DNA of 50,119 nt, from the IMG/VR virus record IMGVR_UViG_3300042542_000047, positions 1 to 50,119 of that record. One strand, written 5' to 3'. Origin of the DNA: a virus. Lineage: Duplodnaviria; Caudoviricetes. Both the position numbers and the translations under genes were made by a program. Shown piece after piece: positions 26,870 to 35,081 of the stretch. The notes below the pieces were generated by a model. It had not been told where the DNA came from, did no database searches, and was given only the letters and a program-made list of their open reading frames with translations. Numbering within the stretch: position 1 is the stretch's first letter; each line of letters opens with the position of its first letter.

Positions 26870-27112
26870 ATGGAGCAGACACTACGAGGCAAGCTGACCT
26901 ACAAGGTCACCCTGATGGTTGCTGCCACCCTTTGTATTGTGGTGTGCAGTATGGTGTTTACTCTAATGGTTGGATTGTTTGACGAAAAGGTGGACAACAC
27001 CGAAATCTTTAAGCTCATCAGTCCTGCGTTCCAAACAGTGGTTGGCGGGTTTATTGGCTTGTTGGCTGGGATTAAGCTGTCCCATGACGATGAAGAAATC
27101 AATAAGCCATGA
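26870..27112 (+). CDS. Holin-like two-TM protein
   Basis: Two TM helices, PAFQTVVGGFIGLLAG; GGAGG SD; directly before spanins and endolysin. Confidence 0.6.
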   Translation: MEQTLRGKLTYKVTLMVAATLCIVVCSMVFTLMVGLFDEKVDNTEIFKLISPAFQTVVGGFIGLLAGIKLSHDDEEINKP

Positions 27113-27588
27113 GTATCTTTAACCCATACATACTGCTCGCTGTTGTGCTTGCCATTGTTGGCAGCTTTGGCGGCGGATACTACAAAGGCTCAAAGGACGA
27201 GGTCACCCGTCAGCAGTTGGAGATCGCTGCTTTAAACGCAGCGGCCCGACAGAAAGAACAAGCGCTGTTGACCGCCGTCACCACCCAAGCAACCAAACTT
27301 CAAAAGGCCAATCAAGATGCAAAACTTATTGCAAAAGAGCGTGATGCTGCTATTGCCTCTGGCGCTCTCAAGCTGCGGATTCCTATCCAAGCCCCCGTCT
27401 GCCCCGTACAAACCACCGGAGATACCCCCGCTCCCGCCGGAGATAGCGTTCAAACAGGAGCCGAACTTGACGCAAAGGCTGCTCAATCTCTTGTCGCCAT
27501 CACCGACCAAGGAGATGCCAACACAAGGCAACTCAACGCCTGCATCGACGCATACAACGCCATCTACCAAACCTTAAGGAGTAAATGA
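27109..27588 (+). CDS. Rz-like inner-membrane spanin
   Basis: N-terminal TM, Ala/Gln coiled coil, LRIP...C...GD...LNAC C-terminus. Confidence 0.82.
   Translation: MSIFNPYILLAVVLAIVGSFGGGYYKGSKDEVTRQQLEIAALNAAARQKEQALLTAVTTQATKLQKANQDAKLIAKERDAAIASGALKLRIPIQAPVCPVQTTGDTPAPAGDSVQTGAELDAKAAQSLVAITDQGDANTRQLNACIDAYNAIYQTLRSK
27317..27577 (+). CDS. Rz1-like outer-membrane lipoprotein spanin embedded in Rz
   Basis: Alternate frame fully within Rz; signal peptide and lipobox LSSC (Cys20); Pro-rich mature part. Confidence 0.78.
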   Translation: MQNLLQKSVMLLLPLALSSCGFLSKPPSAPYKPPEIPPLPPEIAFKQEPNLTQRLLNLLSPSPTKEMPTQGNSTPASTHTTPSTKP

Positions 27589-28052
27589 TGCAACTGACCG
27601 CCAACTTCTCTTTGCACGAACTGACCAAGTCCGAGACAGCCCTGCGCATGGGCTTTGACAATACCCCCGGCCCAGTGGAAACTGAACATCTGAAGATATT
27701 GGCTGAGAGAGTTCTCCAACCTGTGCGTGACCACTTTGGCAAGGGTGTCAAGGTGAACTCTGGGTTTCGCAGTGCGGAAAGTAATGCGGCAGTCGGAGGA
27801 TCTCGTACCTCAGACCATGTCAAGGGCCAAGCAGCCGATATTGAGATACCCGGAGTCCCCAACGCAGAGCTTGCCCAATGGATCATGGATAACTTAGAAT
27901 ACACCCAACTCATTCTTGAGTTCTACACCCCCGGCATACCTGACAGTGGCTGGGTGCATGTTTCGTATGACCCCGACAACCTGAAAAAACAGGAGTTGAC
28001 CGCCATGAAGGTCGCTGGTAAAACGCAATATGTACCCGGACTCTTAGCCTAA
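27585..28052 (+). CDS. Endolysin, peptidase M15A family
   Basis: NFSLHELTKS...SGFRS...N.AVGGS.TSDH..GQAADI...WVHVS. Confidence 0.9.
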   Translation: MMQLTANFSLHELTKSETALRMGFDNTPGPVETEHLKILAERVLQPVRDHFGKGVKVNSGFRSAESNAAVGGSRTSDHVKGQAADIEIPGVPNAELAQWIMDNLEYTQLILEFYTPGIPDSGWVHVSYDPDNLKKQELTAMKVAGKTQYVPGLLA

Positions 28053-28054
28053 TC

Positions 28055-30292
28055 ATGCCACTGCAAAAGCTTCAGTTTCGCCCCGGTGTAAACAGAGAAA
28101 ACACCTCCTACTCCAACGAGGGTGGATACTATGCGTCCAATAAGATTCGGTTCCGTTCAGGTCAGCCGGAAAAGATTGGCGGCTGGGCAGCCGACACTGG
28201 AACAACTGTATCTGCGCTAAAACCCACAACTGGAACGCTTTGGGGTGTTGCACGGGGGTTATGGAACTGGCTTAATTTGGCGGGCTACAACCTGTTGGCG
28301 ATAGGTACAAACCTCAAGTACTACATCCAAAACGGCCCCAATGGCTTGGTGTACGACGTTACCCCATTGCGCTTTACCACTGGCGCAGGTGAAGCCACCT
28401 TTGCCGCAACCACTGGCTCCCCTATCGTTACCGTCACGGACATTGCCCACGGTGCGCAGGCAGGGGACTTCGTTACATTCAGTGGGGCGGCATCTCTGGG
28501 CGGCAACATCACCGCCACCATCCTGAACGCAGAATTTCAGATTACCAGCTACGTTAGCTCCAACCAGTACACCATCACCGCCTCTGTCAACGCAACCGCA
28601 GGGGATTCAAGTAACGGCGGGTCATCTGTTGTGGCTGCATACCAGATTACAACCGGCGTAGATATTTACTCTCTGAATGTGGGTTGGGGCGCGGGTACTT
28701 GGGGCGGTGTTGTTTTTGGTACGGCAACAAACCAACTTAACGGTGCTATAAACAATTCCGTCACCACAATTACGGTGGATGACACAACTGCGTTTAGCGC
28801 AGCCGGAAACATCCTGATTGACTCAGAAAACATTTCTTACACAAGTAAGAATTCAACGCAATTCTTGGGGTGTACCCGTGGATTGAGTGGCACAGGCTCA
28901 GGCGCAGCCGCCTCCCATGCAGACAACGCAACGGTTGTTCAATCCACCACATTTACCGGCTGGGGTTCTCCTGCGGCTACAGGTATCGGCATTCAACTCC
29001 GTTTGTGGAGCCAGTCAAACTTTGGCGAAGACTTGGTCTTCAACCCCCGTGGCGGCGCGTTGTACTACTGGGCAAATTCATCGTCAGCCAGCACATTTAA
29101 CCGAGGCCAATACCTTGGCCCAAGCACTTCGATTGTGACCAAATCTGGAACTATAACTACAGATTCGTCATGCCCGACGGTTGCCAACTTTGTCATGGTG
29201 TCAGATGCTTCGAGGTTTGTTCTTGCGTTTGGTGTAAACGATTACGGCAGCGCCATTCAAGACCCCTTACTGATACGCTGGTCTGACCAAGAGAGTTTTG
29301 CTACATGGATTCCGGCTGTTACAAACCAAGCAGGTAGCTACCGACTGAGCCACGGCTCACAAATTGTGACTGCCATGCAGACCCGCCAAGAGATTTTGGT
29401 TTTGACGGACTCAGCCATTTATTCCATGCAGTACCTTGGCCCACCGTATGTCTGGAGCTTCCAGATCATGGGCGACAACATATCAATTGCTGGGCCAAAT
29501 GCGATAGCAACCGCTAACAACATCACCTACTGGATGGGTACGGACAAGTTCTACATGTATTCTGGTCGGGTGCAGACCCTGCCGTCCACCTTGCGGGAAT
29601 ACGTGTTTAACGACATCAACCTTGAGCAGTCGTTCCAGTTCTGCGCGGGGACAAACGAGGGCTACAGCGAGGTGTGGTGGCAGTATTGTTCTGCTGGCTC
29701 ATCCGTGGTTAACCGTTATGTGATCTACAACCACCTTGAAAATAGTTGGTACTACGGCGACTGGGACAACTACCAGAGCGTAAGCCAAGGCCGCACAGCA
29801 TGGCTGGACAGTTCGCTACGATCATTCCCTATGGCAACCACATACGGCGTGGCAGGTGGCAATTCAAATGCACAGCTTCTGTACCATGAGAGCGGAGTGG
29901 ACGACGGCACAGTGAACCCGTCCGTGCCGATTGTGGCGCAGGTCACGTCTTCTGATTTTGACATTGGTGACGGGCATAACTTTGGGTTTGTCTGGAGATT
30001 GATCCCTGACTTGACCTTTGACGGCTCAAACGTAAACCAGCCGACCGCCATGTTCACGGTACTCCCCCGCGCCAACTCAGGTGCGCCATATGGGAACTCA
30101 AACAACCCCGAGGTTGTCAGTACGCAGAACTACCAGAACCAAAGAACCTACGCTATCCAAGAGTTCACCCAACAGGTGTATGTGCGGATTCGCGGTCGCC
30201 AGATGGCGTTTAAAGTAAGCTCAAACGAGCTTGGTGTTCAGTGGCAGTTGGGTGTTCCCCGTATCGACATTAGACCTGACGGCAGGAGATAA
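28055..30292 (+). CDS. Tail nozzle / packaged-DNA stabilisation protein (P22 gp10-like position)
   Basis: 745 aa beta-propeller-like; IRFR.G.PEKIGGW, DPLLIRWSDQE, R.RGRQ, R.DIRPDGRR. Confidence 0.7.
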   Translation: MPLQKLQFRPGVNRENTSYSNEGGYYASNKIRFRSGQPEKIGGWAADTGTTVSALKPTTGTLWGVARGLWNWLNLAGYNLLAIGTNLKYYIQNGPNGLVYDVTPLRFTTGAGEATFAATTGSPIVTVTDIAHGAQAGDFVTFSGAASLGGNITATILNAEFQITSYVSSNQYTITASVNATAGDSSNGGSSVVAAYQITTGVDIYSLNVGWGAGTWGGVVFGTATNQLNGAINNSVTTITVDDTTAFSAAGNILIDSENISYTSKNSTQFLGCTRGLSGTGSGAAASHADNATVVQSTTFTGWGSPAATGIGIQLRLWSQSNFGEDLVFNPRGGALYYWANSSSASTFNRGQYLGPSTSIVTKSGTITTDSSCPTVANFVMVSDASRFVLAFGVNDYGSAIQDPLLIRWSDQESFATWIPAVTNQAGSYRLSHGSQIVTAMQTRQEILVLTDSAIYSMQYLGPPYVWSFQIMGDNISIAGPNAIATANNITYWMGTDKFYMYSGRVQTLPSTLREYVFNDINLEQSFQFCAGTNEGYSEVWWQYCSAGSSVVNRYVIYNHLENSWYYGDWDNYQSVSQGRTAWLDSSLRSFPMATTYGVAGGNSNAQLLYHESGVDDGTVNPSVPIVAQVTSSDFDIGDGHNFGFVWRLIPDLTFDGSNVNQPTAMFTVLPRANSGAPYGNSNNPEVVSTQNYQNQRTYAIQEFTQQVYVRIRGRQMAFKVSSNELGVQWQLGVPRIDIRPDGRR

Positions 30293-30294
30293 GC

Positions 30295-30630
30295 ATGGGA
30301 TTAAAAACTGCAACTCAACCACGCTTACCGGCAGCACCCGATCAGTATGACCAGCAATACATGGAGCAGCTTATTAGCATTCTGCGTTTGTACTTTAATC
30401 AATTGGATAACGCCTCTCCAGCCGTATTTGCTTCTCAAGGCGTTGGGACTACCAATGTCGTAACCGCTTTAAGTTTTGCTCAACCTGACTTTAATAATCC
30501 GGGCCAGTTTGTAGTTAGCCTGCCGACTGAGGCGGACTTGCCTAATTTAAGGCTTGGGGATGTTTACAGAGACACGCAAGATGGTGTGCAAGCAACAAGC
30601 CAAATGCTTCGCATAAAGACTTCAACATGA
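30295..30630 (+). CDS. Small tail-associated protein
   Basis: PRLPAAPDQYDQQY..QL..ILRLYFNQLD; follows the nozzle gene. Confidence 0.7.
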   Translation: MGLKTATQPRLPAAPDQYDQQYMEQLISILRLYFNQLDNASPAVFASQGVGTTNVVTALSFAQPDFNNPGQFVVSLPTEADLPNLRLGDVYRDTQDGVQATSQMLRIKTST

Positions 30631-30636
30631 TATTAT
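30608..30636 (+). promoter_or_regulatory. Possible extended -10 promoter for internal-protein genes
   Basis: TTCGCA, 17 nt, TATTAT with TG at the extended -10 position. Confidence 0.3.
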
Positions 30637-30664
30637 CAATCAACCCCCTATTTACGAGCCAAAC

Positions 30665-31951
30665 ATGAGCCTACAGCACGCTGCACAACATTTAGCTGCG
30701 CATGGTCGCGGCCCTGATACGACCCTTGTCCACATGACCAAGGGCGAAGTTAAGAGTCTGAACGACATTGCTATGGCGAATGGCGGGCATCTGACCATCA
30801 ACCCACATACGGGTTTACCAGAAGCTGGCTTCTTATCCAGAATGTTGCCAATGATTGCTGGTGCTGGCTTAATGGCAGTTTCTGGCGGGGCAATTAACCC
30901 AATGACCGCAGGATTGCTGGTTGGCGGTGGAACGGCAGTTGCAACTGGAGACATCAAGAAAGGCCTGATGGCTGGTCTTGGTGCTTATGGTGGCGCTGGT
31001 ATTGGCAGTGCTTTGGCAGCCTCTGGCGGTGCGGCGGCAGGAACAGCGGGTACAGCGGCAGGAACGGCGAGTACAGCAGGTACGGCAGGGGCAGCGGGGG
31101 CAACTCCAATAGCGCCTGTTGTGCCTGTTGCAGGCCCATATGCGTCACAAGCTGCATCACAAGCTGCGTCTGCGCCGGTTGGGGTTGATGCTCTTACCAA
31201 TGCTCCATTGAGTACGGCATCTAGAGTGCCTCTTGGCCCCAACTTGAATCCTCAGTATACAGATGTATCAGGCAATCTTGTAACTGCACCGCCCGTTCAA
31301 CCGGTTGTACCAAACAGCATGGCATCAAACTTTAGAAATTCCGGCAACCAAATGATTGAAGGCTTTAAATCCCTTGGGACAGAGGGTGGCCCCACTAAAT
31401 TTTATGAAAATCTTGGCAACGTGAAATACACGTACGGCCCAAAGACCACACTTGCCGCCGCCGCGCTCCCATTGTTGATGCCTGACGATAAAAAGCGGGA
31501 AGAAGAGAAGACTGATTCTGATCCCGGTCAACAATACACCTTTGAGGCCAACGCAACAAACCCAACACCCACACCTGATCCTTATGGTCGGGAGCAGAAA
31601 TATTACAACCAACGGTACGTTCCAAGAGCCGCTGGTGGCGGCATGATGGCTGGTGGCGGTATTTCCCATCTTGGAGATTACTCAGATGGCGGTAGATTAC
31701 TGCGCGGCCCCGGTGATGGTGTGTCAGACTCCATCCCTGCGGTAATTGGCAAAAGGCAACCTGCGCGTTTAGCTGATGGCGAGTTTGTCGTACCTGCACG
31801 CATCGTTTCTGAGTTGGGTAATGGCTCAACCGAAGCTGGCGCACGTAAGCTGTACGCAATGATGGACAGAATCCAGAAAGCCCGCAGCAAAACCGTGGGC
31901 AAGGGCAAGGTTGCAAAGAATAGCCGATCAGAGAAATATTTACCAGCATGA
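30665..31951 (+). CDS. Internal virion / DNA-ejection protein
   Basis: GRGPDTTLVHM...TINPHTGLPEA, Gly/Ala hydrophobic segment, GPGDGVSDSIPA..RLADGEFVVPA. Confidence 0.72.
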   Translation: MSLQHAAQHLAAHGRGPDTTLVHMTKGEVKSLNDIAMANGGHLTINPHTGLPEAGFLSRMLPMIAGAGLMAVSGGAINPMTAGLLVGGGTAVATGDIKKGLMAGLGAYGGAGIGSALAASGGAAAGTAGTAAGTASTAGTAGAAGATPIAPVVPVAGPYASQAASQAASAPVGVDALTNAPLSTASRVPLGPNLNPQYTDVSGNLVTAPPVQPVVPNSMASNFRNSGNQMIEGFKSLGTEGGPTKFYENLGNVKYTYGPKTTLAAAALPLLMPDDKKREEEKTDSDPGQQYTFEANATNPTPTPDPYGREQKYYNQRYVPRAAGGGMMAGGGISHLGDYSDGGRLLRGPGDGVSDSIPAVIGKRQPARLADGEFVVPARIVSELGNGSTEAGARKLYAMMDRIQKARSKTVGKGKVAKNSRSEKYLPA

Positions 31952-32394
31952 CTGGCGGTGGAAAATTAGAATGGTTTGGTGGCAATCAAGATGCCCTAAA
32001 CATGTACCATGCGTTTGCTGATTTGGCTCACATATGGGATGATCTAATTGACAAAGACAAGCCTGTCCCCGCTGACAAGATTAACCGAGCATTTCTGACT
32101 TGCTTGGTTTATCTGCCCGCAAATCCGTTTTACCGCAGTATTCAAGACCAGATTTTGCCTATGTGGCTCACGGTGGTCTCTGCGTATGAAACTGCAAACT
32201 TTTTTGAAGCAAACAAAGACCAGCATGGCATTGAGATTGCTCATGGCTTGCGTTATGCGTCTGGCAATATTGTTGCTTATGCAGTTCATGTTTGTGTTGG
32301 CCCTGAAAAAGCAAAAGAAGTTTTGCCTGACGTGTGGAAAACAATTTTTTACGAGCGGTTTGATGAGTACCGCAAGGAGCATTTAGATGTTTAA
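31948..32394 (+). CDS. Hypothetical all-alpha protein with DDxxD motif (isoprenoid-synthase-like)
   Basis: ADLAHIWDDLIDKD; helical composition; overlaps both neighbours. Confidence 0.6.
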   Translation: MTGGGKLEWFGGNQDALNMYHAFADLAHIWDDLIDKDKPVPADKINRAFLTCLVYLPANPFYRSIQDQILPMWLTVVSAYETANFFEANKDQHGIEIAHGLRYASGNIVAYAVHVCVGPEKAKEVLPDVWKTIFYERFDEYRKEHLDV

Positions 32395-35074
32395 AGTTTC
32401 ATGGATACTTGATTTTTTGCTTGGCCCCAAGCTTTATATGGGCGGCGACGAACCATCAACGCCAGAAAAAACCACAACCACCGTAGAGTTGCCAGAATGG
32501 GCGCGTGGCTATGCCAAAGACACACTTGCAAAAGGTGCGGCTCTTACCGACATCAATCAAAACCCATATAAACAGTACGGCGGTGAGCGGATTGCTGGGT
32601 TTCAGCCCATGCAACAGCAAGCCTTTGAAGGCGCTGCGGGTATGCAGCCATCTCAACAAGTGGGACTTGGTTCTGGTATTGCTGGTATGGCTGGTCTGGG
32701 TGCTTTAAACACAAACTACCAAGGCCAGAATTTCCGGGGCGGGCAGTTTACCAACCAAGCCGCTGAAGATTACATGAGTCCATACACGCAAAATGTGGTG
32801 GATTACCAAAAAGCTCAGGCTGTGCGTGACTTTCAAATGGCGCAACCCATGCGTCAAGCTCAGGCCGTGCAACAAGGTGCGTTTGGCGGTAGCCGCTCTG
32901 CAATCATAGATGCAGAAGCACAACGCAGTTTGAACTCTCAGTTACAGGGCATTACAGCCACTGGTCAGCAAGCTGCCTTCCAAAACGCTCAACAGCAATT
33001 TAACGCAGATCAAGCACGTCGTTTAGAAGCCCAGCGAATGGGTGAGCAGTCACGTCAATACGGCGCTGGTTTGGGTATGCAGGGTCTACAGACCGGCTTG
33101 CAAGCGGCGGGTCAACTTGGTCAACTCGGTCAAACCGAGTATGGTCAGAAGATGGGCATCAACCAATTGCAAAGCGCATACGGTCAACAGCAACAACAGC
33201 AGGCCCAGCGTCCGCTTGACATGGCGTATCAGGACTTCATCAACCAACAGAACTATCCGTATAAACAGTTGGGCTTCATGTCCGACATGATCCGTGGCTT
33301 GCCGCTGGGCCAACAGTCAACCAGTCAGGTCTACCAAGGCTCAGGCAGCACAATGGGCCAGCTTGCCGGTATTGGTATGGGTGCTTATGGTTTAAGCAGA
33401 ATGGGAATGTTTGATTCGCCTTCTCAAGGTAGGGCAGAAGGCGGCATGATTGGGTATGCCGACGGCGGGGAAGTAAAAACCTACGCTGGCGACTATGGCT
33501 CAGTAACAAGCGAAAGCAATGTACAGGGAATCATCAGCGACCTTAGCGATCAACAGCTACAGCAGGCCAAAGAGGCTGCTTTAAACGCGCGTGACGAAGA
33601 GCAGGCGCAGATGATCGACCAAGAAATAGCGCGTCGTGCAGCTTTGCGCAGTAATCAGCCACAACAGTTTGCTGGTATTGCTCCGGCTTTGCCAGAGGAG
33701 TTTGCTGATGGCATGGAACAAAGCATGGCTACCGGCGGCATTGTTGCGTTTGCTGATCGCGGCGAAGTTAAAGAAATGCCAGAGAAAGCCACATCGCCCA
33801 TTGGAGAGTTTTTAGAATCAATCGGCGTTACAGGCGGTTTAAACGCACTGCGCGAGGGCTATTACAAAAGCAGAGAGCAAGAAAAGCGCATGGATGCCGC
33901 AGAAGATATATACCCTGACAAGTATTTGTCTACCGAGTCGCTGCGTCCATCAGAAAGATCGAGACGAGAGGCTGCTGGGAATGTGCTGTTTAAAGGCCCC
34001 CAGAACGTCAAGCCAATGACTCCTGAAGAGATTGAGGCGGCAAATGCGCAGATTATGGCTGAACCAAAGAAGGCTCCAGCAAAAACTGAATCAGTAGCTG
34101 TCAGCGAGCCGCCCAAAGAAACTCCTGCCGCAGAGAAAAAAGCCGCAAAACCAAGATTTGAAGACATCACCACAGGCTCCAAGCCCTCCAAGAAAGAAGT
34201 CAAATCTGCGGTAGCTCAGTTTGCCGAGCAAAACAACCTTGGTTCAAAGGAAAAAGAAGATGTAATGAAGACGGCATTAAAGTTGAGCGAGGAGATTGGG
34301 AAAACCAACCAGCCTCTTTTGGATAGACTGAATGCAGCAATTGAGGCTCAAAAGCCTAACGAACAAGCCATGAAAGACAGAGGGCTTGCTCAGGCATTAA
34401 CCCAATTTGGCTTTGGCATGGCTGAAAGAGCATCCAAACCCGGCGCAAGATTCTTGGAAAGTGCATCAGGCGCTTCCCCTGTAATTGGAACAGTTGTCGC
34501 AGAGACAAATAAACTTATCGAAGCCAAGAAAGAAAACTACGCCAAAATGCAATTGGATCAAGCCAAATACGAAATGGCTTTGTCGCAAGGAAATATGCAG
34601 CTTGCCGCCACAATTACGGCAGAAATCCGCAGAAGCCAACAGCAAGACAAGTTGCTTGATTTCAATATTGCAGAAGCAAAAGATAAGCTTGCTCTTGAAG
34701 AACGGAAGCTTGAGTCTCAAAATGCATATCAAAGAGGTGTTTTGGCAAAACAACCAGAAACCCTGCAAGGTCTTGTCAAGGCTTTAGAGAATGCAACGCC
34801 AGAACAGCGCAAGCTCTTTGAGCAAGCTGCAAACCTGAGATATGGCACTCCCGCAGGTATTGGCGCAGTAGAGAAAAACAAAGCAGCGTACATCGATGGC
34901 ATGAAAAAAATCAACGAAGACTATCCGCCAATGCTTGTCAGCAGCAATAAAAATATGGCAGCCATGCGCGAGCGAGCAATTCAAGAACTTAAGATTTTAA
35001 CAAACATGACGGGTGCAGCAGCAACAAGCGGTCAAGTGTTAAGATTTAACGAACGCGGCGAACTAATTCAGTGA
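32387..35074 (+). CDS. Internal virion / DNA-ejection protein
   Basis: YMSPY.QNVVD, GAFGGSR.AI..AE, Gln/Gly-rich helices, several AxGG motifs. Confidence 0.72.
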   Translation: MFKVSWILDFLLGPKLYMGGDEPSTPEKTTTTVELPEWARGYAKDTLAKGAALTDINQNPYKQYGGERIAGFQPMQQQAFEGAAGMQPSQQVGLGSGIAGMAGLGALNTNYQGQNFRGGQFTNQAAEDYMSPYTQNVVDYQKAQAVRDFQMAQPMRQAQAVQQGAFGGSRSAIIDAEAQRSLNSQLQGITATGQQAAFQNAQQQFNADQARRLEAQRMGEQSRQYGAGLGMQGLQTGLQAAGQLGQLGQTEYGQKMGINQLQSAYGQQQQQQAQRPLDMAYQDFINQQNYPYKQLGFMSDMIRGLPLGQQSTSQVYQGSGSTMGQLAGIGMGAYGLSRMGMFDSPSQGRAEGGMIGYADGGEVKTYAGDYGSVTSESNVQGIISDLSDQQLQQAKEAALNARDEEQAQMIDQEIARRAALRSNQPQQFAGIAPALPEEFADGMEQSMATGGIVAFADRGEVKEMPEKATSPIGEFLESIGVTGGLNALREGYYKSREQEKRMDAAEDIYPDKYLSTESLRPSERSRREAAGNVLFKGPQNVKPMTPEEIEAANAQIMAEPKKAPAKTESVAVSEPPKETPAAEKKAAKPRFEDITTGSKPSKKEVKSAVAQFAEQNNLGSKEKEDVMKTALKLSEEIGKTNQPLLDRLNAAIEAQKPNEQAMKDRGLAQALTQFGFGMAERASKPGARFLESASGASPVIGTVVAETNKLIEAKKENYAKMQLDQAKYEMALSQGNMQLAATITAEIRRSQQQDKLLDFNIAEAKDKLALEERKLESQNAYQRGVLAKQPETLQGLVKALENATPEQRKLFEQAANLRYGTPAGIGAVEKNKAAYIDGMKKINEDYPPMLVSSNKNMAAMRERAIQELKILTNMTGAAATSGQVLRFNERGELIQ

Positions 35075-35081
35075 GGATTAC

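Noticed and set aside
6008-28060. Recurring A(A/T)(T/C)CATG context at many start codons as a special regulatory motif
   Set aside because: Most simply a translation-initiation context preference; too short to support more
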